In this document: in pieces, positions 38,434 to 47,170 of the stretch
Layout of the letters: each line of letters begins with the position of its first letter
How positions within the stretch are numbered: the stretch's first letter is position 1
DNA from: a virus
Lineage: Duplodnaviria; Caudoviricetes
IMG/VR virus record: IMGVR_UViG_3300037400_003271
Location: 8,853-72,852 of that record
Strand: one strand, 5' to 3'
DNA length: 64,000 nt
Position numbers and translations under genes: made by a program
Notes under the pieces: model-generated
What the model was told of the DNA's origin: nothing
The model's database searches: none
Seen by the model: only the letters and a program-made list of their open reading frames with translations

Positions 38434-38895
38434 TTATTCGCAGCTGATTTTGCGGAGGAACTCGTCCTTCCAGTAGTCATTGAGGCCGTCGTAGAACTCG
38501 GCCATCATATCGGTCCTGCTTTCTTGCGAGATCTTGCAGAACAATGCGCGGAGTTGGGCCTCCTTCTCCTCCTGCGTCTCTTCTATCCGGTCGCACTCAA
38601 AGAAGAAGACATTTTCATACCGCTCCGGGCAGAAGAGCGGATAGTCATCATCCATATCTTTGAACTCCCAGCAGCATTGCTCGCCCTGGAAAGTGTACGG
38701 CGCGAGTTGGTAGATATAATCCACCGAGGTTTCGATCTCTCCGCCGCTATCTTTCTTGATAGTGATGATGTCGTCATCTCCTACGATGTATTCTGGGCGC
38801 CCATCTTCTCTGTTTACAAGGACGATTGTTCCCCATCCGTTCATGTGGTCGTCTTCGAACCACACACGCTCGTCAATTCTAATGATTCGTTTCAT
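38434..38895 (-). CDS. acidic hypothetical protein
   Basis: MKRIIRIDE start. Confidence 0.6.
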   Translation of the reverse strand: MKRIIRIDERVWFEDDHMNGWGTIVLVNREDGRPEYIVGDDDIITIKKDSGGEIETSVDYIYQLAPYTFQGEQCCWEFKDMDDDYPLFCPERYENVFFFECDRIEETQEEKEAQLRALFCKISQESRTDMMAEFYDGLNDYWKDEFLRKISCE

Positions 38896-38932
38896 AATGA
38901 TTCGATTTAGTTGGTTAACGGAGGCCAGGCGC

Positions 38933-39166
38933 CTACTCGCTGCGGACGATCTGGTCCAGTTCGTCGATGATTCCTTCTGCATCGAGTAGAACCCCAATTC
39001 CTTCGAGGTCTTCGATGAGCGCGGTGAGTTTCCCGTAAGCGGCTGCGCCAGCCTTCGTGAAATACTCGTAGTCGCCATCGTCGTTGAGCTTCCTCGGATT
39101 CTTGAGGAACGGATTCTTCCCTTTGCAGCCGAAATACTCCTGCAGGATTTCTTCAAGTGATTTCAT
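38933..39166 (-). CDS. hypothetical protein
   Basis: YFGCK..PF...FTKAGAAAYGKL motif. Confidence 0.6.
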   Translation of the reverse strand: MKSLEEILQEYFGCKGKNPFLKNPRKLNDDGDYEYFTKAGAAAYGKLTALIEDLEGIGVLLDAEGIIDELDQIVRSE

Positions 39167-39229
39167 AAACGTGAGATTTTTAAAGGTTAAACTTACCAGA
39201 AGCCGGTAGTCTCCGGCCGGCACCCGCTG

Positions 39230-39499
39230 TCAGAGCTTGTCGAGGTCTATGTCCTTGACCTCTACGTACTGGAGTCTGCCGGTGTATCCGCGTCGCTTGA
39301 GCTCCTCCATCAGCTGACGGGGAGTGAAGTCCTCGAGCGGGTTGGCCTTCGGCTTGTAGTTGACGAAGGCGTTGCCGGCCGTGATGATGAGCTTGAGATA
39401 AGGCAAGGATACGTGGAACTTCTCGACGGCCTCTCGCTTTGAAAGGCCGTTCTTGACCGCGAAGTAGATCTCCGCGAAGTCGTATTTCTTTTTGCCCAT
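39230..39499 (-). CDS. HTH-like hypothetical protein
   Basis: SKREAVEKFHVS; LEDFTPRQLMEELKRRGY. Confidence 0.6.
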   Translation of the reverse strand: MGKKKYDFAEIYFAVKNGLSKREAVEKFHVSLPYLKLIITAGNAFVNYKPKANPLEDFTPRQLMEELKRRGYTGRLQYVEVKDIDLDKL

Positions 39500-39510
39500 A
39501 CTTTGTCTGA

Positions 39511-40179
39511 TTATCTTGAAATCGGATTCTTCGCGTATTCGAAGAGACCTTTCTCTACCTCGTCGAACTTTTCGAGCAAGCGCTCAAGATCTCTGATGTA
39601 AAGTCTCTTGTAGTCGCAACTCGATCGCACCGAGAAGTCGTACCGCTTCACATTCCCGTCACGGTCGACCATAAGATCCTGACTACCGCAGGCGCCTCCG
39701 TTGGCGATCCCGAAGTATCCGGTCATCGAGAAATTTCTCGCCGGAGCGTCGAAATACGGATGGTCACAGAAGAAACCTACGCGGTGTGTGATGTGCTCTG
39801 TGCAGAACAGCGGGCTCTCGCGCGCCTTAGGCCCGAGATAGAACCGATTCCTCGTGAGCGCATCGGCCACATCGAACATCTTCCTAAGCCGCGGGGCCAG
39901 GTCTTTGACTTTCTTTTCGAGCCCGCGCATATGCTCGAGCTGCCGGTATTCGGCCTCCAGTGCAGCATCGTCAAGCGATTTTCTCTTCGCCGCGATTCCG
40001 GCAACGACATCCTCATTCTTCTCCTCCGGCTCCTGGACCTCAACGAACTCGAGCCGTCCGTTTCCGTGCTCGAACTCGTGCTCGTCACCGAAATTGTCCT
40101 CGTATGCGGTCGCAAAGTCCCGCAGGCTGTCCGCAACGAATCCCTCGTCACAGATCATAGTTACCTTTACTTTTCTCAT
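39511..40179 (-). CDS. hypothetical protein
   Basis: 222-aa ORF. Confidence 0.65.
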   Translation of the reverse strand: MRKVKVTMICDEGFVADSLRDFATAYEDNFGDEHEFEHGNGRLEFVEVQEPEEKNEDVVAGIAAKRKSLDDAALEAEYRQLEHMRGLEKKVKDLAPRLRKMFDVADALTRNRFYLGPKARESPLFCTEHITHRVGFFCDHPYFDAPARNFSMTGYFGIANGGACGSQDLMVDRDGNVKRYDFSVRSSCDYKRLYIRDLERLLEKFDEVEKGLFEYAKNPISR

Positions 40180-40181
40180 AT

Positions 40182-40367
40182 CTATTTCTCTATTTCTTCT
40201 ACATCAGGAGCATCGTCCTCGGTCACATTATGTACAATCTGCGCGTCGTACTTCTTGTCTCCAACCTCGATTGATGCCTCGGCGATGGCCTCTTCCTCGT
40301 CTTTTGCGGTTACCACAACGGTTGCACTTGTGTGGTAGTAAAATGTTACTTGGTACTTCTTTTTCAT
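40182..40367 (-). CDS. small hypothetical protein
   Basis: YQVTF...VTAKDEEEA pattern. Confidence 0.55.
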   Translation of the reverse strand: MKKKYQVTFYYHTSATVVVTAKDEEEAIAEASIEVGDKKYDAQIVHNVTEDDAPDVEEIEK

Positions 40368-40369
40368 AT

Positions 40370-40696
40370 CTATTTCTCGTGAATGATTTCCACCTCGCTT
40401 GCGATGATGTCCACGGACTCGCGGTATACACCCTCGCGGTCCGTGTACTTCTGATACCGGATGCGGCCGATCACATGGAGCTTCGTGCCCTTTTCGATCA
40501 TATCCACAGCCTTGATGTTCCGGCCCTCCCACGCGATGACGTTGTGCCACGTTGTCTCGATGACAGGACGCCCGTCTGTGCCCCTGTAGCCGTAGTTGGT
40601 GGCCAGGCTGATCCGGGCCATCTTGTCGTCGCCGTACTGCTGCACGCGCACGATGCCTACGATGCCGCGCAGTTCCACTCTGTTAAGCTGTTCCAT
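40370..40696 (-). CDS. ssb: single-stranded DNA-binding protein (short, no acidic tail)
   Basis: LNRVELRGIVG...ISLATN...TTWHNVIAW...KGTKLHVIGRIRYQKYTDREG. Confidence 0.85.
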   Translation of the reverse strand: MEQLNRVELRGIVGIVRVQQYGDDKMARISLATNYGYRGTDGRPVIETTWHNVIAWEGRNIKAVDMIEKGTKLHVIGRIRYQKYTDREGVYRESVDIIASEVEIIHEK

Positions 40697-40698
40697 AC

Positions 40699-40893
40699 CT
40701 ATTCGAATTTGATCGTTACCTTCAGGCCGAGAGCGCCGGCCCAGATGTTCAGGCGCTTCAGAGACGGGCTCCGCTTGCCGCACTCCAGTTCGGAGAGACG
40801 CGACCGCTCCATCCCCATCTGCTGCGCCAGCTGCGTGATCGTCAGCCCCCGCTCGAGGCGACGCTCCTTGAGTTTGCTTACTATCTGTTCCAT
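40699..40893 (-). CDS. XRE-family HTH regulator
   Basis: LKERRLERGLTITQLAQQMGMERSRLSELECG. Confidence 0.8.
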   Translation of the reverse strand: MEQIVSKLKERRLERGLTITQLAQQMGMERSRLSELECGKRSPSLKRLNIWAGALGLKVTIKFE

Positions 40894-40894
40894 T

Positions 40895-41335
40895 TTATCC
40901 GCGGTTGATTCTGTCGTCCGTAAAACTGAAGAAGCAGTCGTCGGCCATCACGAGGTGGTCGAGCAGGCTGATTCCCAAAGCGTGCAACACATTCCGAAGC
41001 GCATCCGTCTGGCGGATGTCCGCCGGGCCGGGCGTCGGATTGCCGCTGGGGTGGTTGTGGACGAGGATGACCCCGTCCGCAAAGGCGCCGAGCGCTGCGA
41101 CTCCGATTGCCGTGGCGTCAATCGCGCACGATTCTCTCCCGCCGACGCTGACAAGGAAATGGCCGAGGATCGTATTGCTTTTATCCGTAAAGAGCGCCCA
41201 GCAGCACTCGCGCCACATCTGCTCCTTTTTCAGCAGGTGCTTCCTGACATACTCCGCGACCCGTCTTGAATTGGTCGCAACATACCGCTCGTCGTCACCC
41301 TTGATGGCGCGACGGACAATCTTGAATTCGTACAT
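40895..41335 (-). CDS. RadC-like JAB-domain protein
   Basis: ILVHNHPSGNPTPGPADIRQT...LLDHLVM. Confidence 0.9.
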   Translation of the reverse strand: MYEFKIVRRAIKGDDERYVATNSRRVAEYVRKHLLKKEQMWRECCWALFTDKSNTILGHFLVSVGGRESCAIDATAIGVAALGAFADGVILVHNHPSGNPTPGPADIRQTDALRNVLHALGISLLDHLVMADDCFFSFTDDRINRG

Positions 41336-41343
41336 ATGCTTTC

Positions 41344-42171
41344 CTATTGGTTAACTCCAAGTGAAACAACATTCGCCTCGGTCACCCCGACGAACCTGCC
41401 GACGACCCTCTTCGCTGCGTGCTCCGCCCCCTTCCTCGTGGCATACTTGTGCGCGCTGTCGGCCCACCGCGTGAACCACAGGTGGCGGCCGGTAAGCCGG
41501 AACAGATACTTGTCCACGCCGTTCTCCTTCAGCGCGACGATGAAGCACTCCGTATGCTCCCGCTTCACGCGGTTCATCCGGTTGCGGTCCTTCACCTCGC
41601 GCCAGGCACGCTGCGCGGACCCGTCTGTCAGACAGACCCACGGGGTGATGCCTCGCGCGCGCAGCCGATCCCACTTCTCGGCCAGCTCTTCCTCGTTCTG
41701 GACATACTCGTGATGCCCGCCGTTCGTATTGTCGTACCAGAACAGCGATAGACCACCATCGAGCTCGTCCATCGTGATGGCGTTGCGGAACCCGCTCTTG
41801 AAGAAGTTAAGGAACAGCGCCGCCGTCTGCTCACTGGCGCCACTGATCTTTACACAACTGAAGTAGTAGAAATCCTTCAGGACCTGCTCCTTCGTGTGCG
41901 GCTCTCCGCCGAACGCAGGCTCGCGGCCGTCATACTCCTTGACCTTCTGGTCCACGAACGCCTGCGCGCTGGATATGATCTCCTCCTCGGTCAGCGAGAA
42001 CCTCGCCTTCTGCTCCTCGGTCTCGTAATTCCACCGATGCGAGCACCACTCTCGGGAGCGCCTGCGGTTGTCGCAATCCCAGACGTTGTTGTCCCCGCTC
42101 TCAATCGTGGGGATATATGTGCCGTCCTTCATCTTGATGAACATGGCACGGTAAAAGATCGAATAACTCAT
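41344..42171 (-). CDS. hypothetical protein
   Basis: 275-aa ORF. Confidence 0.7.
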   Translation of the reverse strand: MSYSIFYRAMFIKMKDGTYIPTIESGDNNVWDCDNRRRSREWCSHRWNYETEEQKARFSLTEEEIISSAQAFVDQKVKEYDGREPAFGGEPHTKEQVLKDFYYFSCVKISGASEQTAALFLNFFKSGFRNAITMDELDGGLSLFWYDNTNGGHHEYVQNEEELAEKWDRLRARGITPWVCLTDGSAQRAWREVKDRNRMNRVKREHTECFIVALKENGVDKYLFRLTGRHLWFTRWADSAHKYATRKGAEHAAKRVVGRFVGVTEANVVSLGVNQ

Positions 42172-42234
42172 ATTCTGTGTTTTCTATTCTGTTCAACTCT
42201 TCGGCTATCGCCCATCTCAGTACCATTCCCATAC

Positions 42235-42537
42235 CTAATTCAGTTTTGTCCCGTACGGCAGGGCCATACGGATAGTCCTCATATCGGTCGGACCGATGGT
42301 GCGGCCGCTGTCCATCGACTCGTCGAGCCAGACGGTCACGCTGCCCCAGCCGCTATTCTCGGCGGCCCTGTGGTTCCCGTAGAACCCGTCAAGGATCATC
42401 TGCACATCGCAAATGGTCGCCGGCGTCTCCGAGCAGACAAGGAGCTGCCCCTCGTCCGAGCAGTCTTCGAAATCGCAGTTGTGCGCCTTGGCGCACTTCT
42501 GCAGTACCTTCTTCAGGTTCGCTATGTTTGCTATCAT
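42235..42537 (-). CDS. hypothetical protein
   Basis: ORF. Confidence 0.6.
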   Translation of the reverse strand: MIANIANLKKVLQKCAKAHNCDFEDCSDEGQLLVCSETPATICDVQMILDGFYGNHRAAENSGWGSVTVWLDESMDSGRTIGPTDMRTIRMALPYGTKLN

Positions 42538-42539
42538 CG

Positions 42540-42767
42540 TTAAAGAAAATTATAAACCGAGTATCCGTTACCATACCCGACGAAATCGTAAAGGGCCTCG
42601 ATGTACGCCTTCTTCTCCGCCTCGGTCTCGAACTTCTTCTCGACCAACTCGTAGTTGAGGTAATCCTTCTCGTCCACGCGGCGCACCTTGCGCAGGCCGC
42701 CCTCGTTGAAGATTTCCGCGGCGTCATCGTCCATAAAGATGACGCGCAACTTGAATTTCTTTGCCAT
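42540..42767 (-). CDS. hypothetical protein
   Basis: KKFETEAEKKAYIEAL motif. Confidence 0.6.
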   Translation of the reverse strand: MAKKFKLRVIFMDDDAAEIFNEGGLRKVRRVDEKDYLNYELVEKKFETEAEKKAYIEALYDFVGYGNGYSVYNFL

Positions 42768-42771
42768 ATCT

Positions 42772-43095
42772 CTATTCGTTTTCGTATATCGCCTTGATCT
42801 GCTCCGCTATCAGGCGGCAGTCCTCTTCCGAGAGATCACCCTCCGAACACTCGCAGAAATGCGCGTCCTCGTAGAAGTCCTCATTCACTCCCCAATGCCA
42901 CAGGCCGACCTCGACTCGCCCACCTTCGCGGACAGCAGCATATGACACGGATATGTTCTCTCCGTGCTCGTTCCTATACTCCAGCCCGGCATTATTGAAG
43001 AAGTCCGCAACCCTCTCGGCGGACTCCAGGCCGAAGTCCTGCTCGTGAACCTTGTTCCAAGGCTCGCCGAGACGCAGTATCAGTTCGCTCAGCAT
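42772..43095 (-). CDS. hypothetical protein
   Basis: ORF. Confidence 0.6.
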   Translation of the reverse strand: MLSELILRLGEPWNKVHEQDFGLESAERVADFFNNAGLEYRNEHGENISVSYAAVREGGRVEVGLWHWGVNEDFYEDAHFCECSEGDLSEEDCRLIAEQIKAIYENE

Positions 43096-43098
43096 ATC

Positions 43099-43347
43099 CT
43101 AAAGGTTTTGGATGATCAGGTCGCGTACCCTCTCGCCATACTGGCCCATCTTTAGGGCGCTCAACAAGAAGGTCTTCTGCGCGTCAATCTTCATCAGGCT
43201 GAAAAGCGCGATCGCTTGGTCGTTGTGTCCATTGATGTACGATTCGATGATGTAGTCGAAATACTGCATCGGGTGCTCGAACTCGTATCTCTTCAGCAGG
43301 GTCTCCATTCTGGTTCCCCGCCGGCCGTGGTTGATGATCGCTCTCAT
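43099..43347 (-). CDS. hypothetical protein
   Basis: IIESYINGHNDQAIALF motif; ATGA coupling. Confidence 0.6.
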   Translation of the reverse strand: MRAIINHGRRGTRMETLLKRYEFEHPMQYFDYIIESYINGHNDQAIALFSLMKIDAQKTFLLSALKMGQYGERVRDLIIQNL

Positions 43348-43658
43348 TTTATCTCCTCCAGCAGTTGTTTCAGTTCGTCTTCCGTGTCGAAGTGACCGCC
43401 GAACCGCGTCCGTTCGCCGTCTTTGGTCAGGACGGTAAGCCACGCACCGCAGTCGCCCATCACCATCTCAAAGATAGCAAGCGGCGTCTTGTACAGGTCG
43501 CGCTCGACGATCTTCGCAATCTCGCCGCCAGACGCAGAATCGGCCGCCTCACACAGATACCCATTTCGCTCGAAATATGCGTACGGGTGACAGAACACCG
43601 GATTCGGCATTCCGTTAAATGTGCGGTCAAACACCGCCTTGATTTCTTTAGGGTCCAT
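43344..43658 (-). CDS. hypothetical protein
   Basis: ORF. Confidence 0.6.
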   Translation of the reverse strand: MDPKEIKAVFDRTFNGMPNPVFCHPYAYFERNGYLCEAADSASGGEIAKIVERDLYKTPLAIFEMVMGDCGAWLTVLTKDGERTRFGGHFDTEDELKQLLEEIK

Positions 43659-43670
43659 ATTGCTTTGTAG

Positions 43671-43982
43671 TTAATCGATCTTATAAAGCCACACTTCCTG
43701 ATCGTCCGTAGCAACCAGCTCCGGTTCGATCCTCTCGAGGACAACGTCCGGCGCATAGTTCGCGTTGAACGGATAAAAAAAGTTCGAGTCGCACTGCCAC
43801 AGCACAAGGTAGTCGCACTCTTCGACTTCTCCGCTCTTAATGCGGAAGTCCCCGAAGCAGTTACTCAACCACCGCTCGACTGACATATAATCCGCGCCGG
43901 GCCATCTGTGCACCTGCGCGTGCTCGGCGATTGACGCATCCGCCACCATCGCCCGAATCAATTCGATCGCTTTCATTTGCAC
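43671..43982 (-). CDS. hypothetical protein
   Basis: ORF. Confidence 0.55.
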   Translation of the reverse strand: MQMKAIELIRAMVADASIAEHAQVHRWPGADYMSVERWLSNCFGDFRIKSGEVEECDYLVLWQCDSNFFYPFNANYAPDVVLERIEPELVATDDQEVWLYKID

Positions 43983-44200
43983 ATCGCTTTAAGTTCAGCC
44001 TTGATCCGCCTGGCCGTATCGCCCCTCCAGGACGCGGCGTTGCTCAGAAAATACAGCACCACAGACTTGGCGCTGTCAAAGTAGTAGTTGTCCTCGATGC
44101 TGTCCAACTGGCCCATCGCATCAAGGTACGGCTTCGCATAAGGGGAAACATTCTTCCAATCCTTGCGAATCTCGTCCGCAATCTCGCGAATCGCTCTCAT
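43973..44200 (-). CDS. conserved-type phage early protein
   Basis: IADEIRKDWKNVSPYAKPYLDAM...VLYFLSNAASWRG motif recognised from diverse phages. Confidence 0.7.
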   Translation of the reverse strand: MRAIREIADEIRKDWKNVSPYAKPYLDAMGQLDSIEDNYYFDSAKSVVLYFLSNAASWRGDTARRIKAELKAMCK

Positions 44201-44286
44201 ATTCTATTTGCTTTTTTTTGTTGTCCTTGCCCCTCAACCCAATTATTTGCAAGCGGGGCCGGTATCACCCAACCCCGCCCGATTCG

Positions 44287-44727
44287 CTATTCGGCCTTCG
44301 CAATCGGTGCGGCGCCGAACAGGCCGCCCGTCGCGTCGCGCACGAGCTCGTCCAGGTCCACGATCCACAGGCCATCGTCATCGTAGCCGATTCCCACGAC
44401 CAGCGGCTTCCCGACAGCGCACTTCTCCGCGAACTTCTTCTTGTACTCGTCGCCATACGTCTTCATATACACGAGCTGCTGGAGCGTCTTCACCTCGTCG
44501 TCGGTCTTCGGGATCACGACGAACGCCTGGTTTTCCTCGCTGCCCGCGCCCTTGAACAAGGAGCATTCGTCCGTCTGCTTCACGGCCATCTGCACGAGCC
44601 GGAACTTCAGCATCCCGTACGCGCTCTGCTCGAACGCGAGGCACTCGCCCTTGTCGCCGAACTTCGTCCCGTCGAACGCGACATACTCCTCGCGGATACT
44701 CTTCACTTCGATTTTCTCAATCTTCAT
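44287..44727 (-). CDS. hypothetical protein, paralogue A1
   Basis: YVAFDGTKFGDKGECLAFE. Confidence 0.7.
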   Translation of the reverse strand: MKIEKIEVKSIREEYVAFDGTKFGDKGECLAFEQSAYGMLKFRLVQMAVKQTDECSLFKGAGSEENQAFVVIPKTDDEVKTLQQLVYMKTYGDEYKKKFAEKCAVGKPLVVGIGYDDDGLWIVDLDELVRDATGGLFGAAPIAKAE

Positions 44728-44776
44728 AATTCGCTTTGTTCACTATTAAACCCGTGTTCCCGGCTTAAAGATTAAA
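44728..44776 (-). repeat. conserved early-gene leader, copy 1
   Basis: AATTCGCTTTGTTCACTATTAAACCCGTGTTCCCGGCTTAAA (+ strand). Confidence 0.75.
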
Positions 44777-44821
44777 CTGAATTGGCAAGCGGACGGCCTA
44801 TCACAGCCGCCCGCCCATTCT

Positions 44822-45280
44822 CTATTTTGCCTTCTCGGCCGGGACCACCGTGAACTGACCATTCGTCCCTTTCGCGATGATGTCCTTCATGCTGTCGATC
44901 CAGCAATTCTCGTATTCGCTGTCGAAGATGACTGTCATCGGTTCGCCGATACACCCATCCGGCACCATATTCTTCGCGGGCTCCGGCGCGGTGCCGTACG
45001 CCATAACCAACGACCGCAGGAGCTCGACGTCTCCCTTCACCTTCGGAACGAGCACGATCGCCTCGTTGTTCTCAAACCCCTCCCCGTTGTACAACTCGCA
45101 GCCGTTCGTCACCTTGATGGCCATCTGTCTCGCGCGGACACGAAGGACCACCCGCTGCGCATCCTCGTATTCGATGCACTCGTCCTCCTCGTCAAACCGC
45201 GTTCCGTCATATGCGACGAAAACATGCGTCTTGGTCTCGCGCTCAGCCGTGTACTTCTCTACGGTTTCCTCTATCTTCAT
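44822..45280 (-). CDS. hypothetical protein, paralogue A2
   Basis: FVAYDGTRFDEEDECIEYE. Confidence 0.7.
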   Translation of the reverse strand: MKIEETVEKYTAERETKTHVFVAYDGTRFDEEDECIEYEDAQRVVLRVRARQMAIKVTNGCELYNGEGFENNEAIVLVPKVKGDVELLRSLVMAYGTAPEPAKNMVPDGCIGEPMTVIFDSEYENCWIDSMKDIIAKGTNGQFTVVPAEKAK

Positions 45281-45328
45281 AATTCTTTTGTTCGGTATTA
45301 AACCCCCGTCCCCGGCCTAAAGTAAAAA
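45281..45328 (-). repeat. conserved early-gene leader, copy 2
   Basis: AATTCTTTTGTTCGGTATTAAACCCCCGTCCCCGGCCTAAA. Confidence 0.75.
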
Positions 45329-45415
45329 CATTGCATACAACGCGGCGACACACGCCACCGCTCCAAGGACGGCCATCACCAGGTCCGCCCACCACTTGCG
45401 CCCGCTCTTCTCCAT
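45317..45415 (-). CDS. 32-aa membrane peptide
   Basis: MEKSGRKWWADLVMAVLGAVACVAALYAMFLL. Confidence 0.45.
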   Translation of the reverse strand: MEKSGRKWWADLVMAVLGAVACVAALYAMFLL

Positions 45416-45426
45416 ATCCCGTCCGT

Positions 45427-45579
45427 TTAACTCAGCGCCCTAACGCGCCATTCAACTCCAGTCTGGTCCGTCATTCGCCGGCGCACAACCATAGCGCACT
45501 CCATCGTCTTGCAAAATGTCGGCACGAATCCCTTCACATACTGCGTCGGGAATACCTTGTACTTGTAATTCTGTTCCAT
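45427..45579 (-). CDS. small hypothetical protein (50 aa)
   Basis: MEQNYKYKVF... Confidence 0.45.
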   Translation of the reverse strand: MEQNYKYKVFPTQYVKGFVPTFCKTMECAMVVRRRMTDQTGVEWRVRALS

Positions 45580-45594
45580 AATACTCTGTGTGTT

Positions 45595-45897
45595 TTAGTC
45601 CATATAGTCCGCCCAAACTCCTGCGCCATCCCACCGATGAGCATAGATGTGAGTGCTCCGGCTCAGCGGGACCACAATCGCCCCGCCGTCCACACGACAA
45701 GTGTGCATCGGCTCGCTGTCGTCAACCTTATACGGAACGGACGGGAACTCGTAACCCTGCATTCCTGCGCTGTCCTTCTTCAGTTCGCGCACCTTCACGC
45801 GCTTCTCGGTCACCTTGACCACAATGAAAAACGAGGGGATGATCATACTATAACCCCAGGTACCGACGAATACATCGCCAACTTTGATTTCTTCCAT
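45595..45897 (-). CDS. hypothetical protein, paralogue B1
   Basis: GDVFVGTWGY...FFIVVKVTEKRV...RWDG. Confidence 0.7.
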   Translation of the reverse strand: MEEIKVGDVFVGTWGYSMIIPSFFIVVKVTEKRVKVRELKKDSAGMQGYEFPSVPYKVDDSEPMHTCRVDGGAIVVPLSRSTHIYAHRWDGAGVWADYMD

Positions 45898-45912
45898 ACT
45901 TTGCTATTTTGA

Positions 45913-46086
45913 TTACTGATTTAATTCTTTCATCGCTCGTGCAAGCGCAAGCGCCTGCCGTGCGTCCAACCCGGCAAGCGTGTCAAGGACCTCCTGCGCG
46001 TCGCTCGTCAGGTCCATCCGCTCGCTCATTGACTTGCAGATTCCGGCCACCTTGGCCCAATCGTACATCGTGTCCAACTTAAGCAT
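45913..46086 (-). CDS. small hypothetical protein (57 aa)
   Basis: MLKLDTMYDW... Confidence 0.5.
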   Translation of the reverse strand: MLKLDTMYDWAKVAGICKSMSERMDLTSDAQEVLDTLAGLDARQALALARAMKELNQ

Positions 46087-46234
46087 AATTCCTGTGGTTC
46101 TTCTTGTTCAACTTGTTCGTTCGCCTCGTTCGCCCCGTCCTCCGGTCAATGGCGGCCAGGAACTCGTCCTCGTCCCACTGCTCACGGGCCCGCTTGTCGC
46201 TCGCCCGGTCGAATTGTGTGTAGTCCTTGCTCAT
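46079..46234 (-). CDS. small charged protein (51 aa)
   Basis: MSKDYTQFDR...; 1 nt after upstream stop. Confidence 0.5.
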   Translation of the reverse strand: MSKDYTQFDRASDKRAREQWDEDEFLAAIDRRTGRTRRTNKLNKKNHRNYA

Positions 46235-46235
46235 A

Positions 46236-46538
46236 TTAGTGCAGATTGTAGTTCATTCCCCACATTGGATGGTTGTTTTGCAGCGGTTTCCCGTCCCATA
46301 TTTTCGCGCTCGTCCAATCGCCCAGCCTAATCCGTCCGTTATCTACGCGCCTTCTTTGTTCGGGCGATTCATAGTAGCCGCCCTCGGTCAGGAAATCATT
46401 CGGTCGGGGCGTTCCCTCTCGTTTGTTCGAGTTGATTCGTCGCACCGTCACAGTTTTGTCGGTCGCTTTGATTACTTGCAAAAAGTAGTAGTAATTCGAA
46501 TACACATTGCAAGCCAGCAGGATGTCATTTGCTTTCAT
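46236..46538 (-). CDS. hypothetical protein, paralogue B2
   Basis: NDIL...FLQVIKATDKTV...IWDGKP. Confidence 0.65.
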   Translation of the reverse strand: MKANDILLACNVYSNYYYFLQVIKATDKTVTVRRINSNKREGTPRPNDFLTEGGYYESPEQRRRVDNGRIRLGDWTSAKIWDGKPLQNNHPMWGMNYNLH

Positions 46539-46560
46539 TGCTTTGTCCGTTTGTGGTTAT

Positions 46561-46601
46561 AAAATGGCGAGCGGTCGGAGACATTCAACCCCGACCGCCC
46601 G
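46561..46601 (-). terminator. terminator-like hairpin after first leftward gene
   Basis: minus strand GGGCGGTCGG...CCGACCGCTC-GCCATTTT. Confidence 0.55.
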
Positions 46602-46625
46602 AAAAATCTCGCTCTCGTCGCTCGC

Positions 46626-47120
46626 TTACTTGTTCAGTTCCTGCTTGGCGATGATAGCAAGGCGGAAATAACGCCCGACCTTCGCAGGGGTCCACCGCTC
46701 GACCTCTTCCCAAGTTTTCTCGGTCGCGTCCTTGTCCTTCTTCCGCAGTTCGCGCACGAGGCCCTCGCTCACATAGTCCGTCCCAGTCAGGTTCTCGCGG
46801 ATGAAGTCGGCCGTCAGACACCCGAAAGCAAGGCCGTAGTTGTCGTGCAGGTTCGCGATGACATCCTTGACCTCGTCCGTCAGCACCATAGCCTTGACCC
46901 TCGCGCAGACCTGCTCGAGCGCGTACCGCTGGTTCTTCAGCGCTTGATTCTTCGGATCCTCGTGCAGTTCGTCCACGATGCGCTTTAACTCGGCGAGCAT
47001 CTCGGACTTGTACACCTTGCCCCAATAGGCGCGGAACTCGTTCACATTGGTTTCGAACTTTCTGCGGTTCTCGTTAATGTCCTTAGCGATAACACCGATT
47101 TTCATACTCTTGTTAGCCAT
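46626..47120 (-). CDS. hypothetical protein, first gene of leftward operon
   Basis: 164-aa ORF. Confidence 0.7.
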   Translation of the reverse strand: MANKSMKIGVIAKDINENRRKFETNVNEFRAYWGKVYKSEMLAELKRIVDELHEDPKNQALKNQRYALEQVCARVKAMVLTDEVKDVIANLHDNYGLAFGCLTADFIRENLTGTDYVSEGLVRELRKKDKDATEKTWEEVERWTPAKVGRYFRLAIIAKQELNK

Positions 47121-47170
47121 AATTCGATTTATTCAGTATTAAACCCCTGTCTCCGGTCTAAAAGTTAATA
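47121..47170 (-). repeat. conserved early-gene leader, copy 3
   Basis: AATTCGATTTATTCAGTATTAAACCCCTGTCTCCGGTCTAAAA. Confidence 0.75.
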
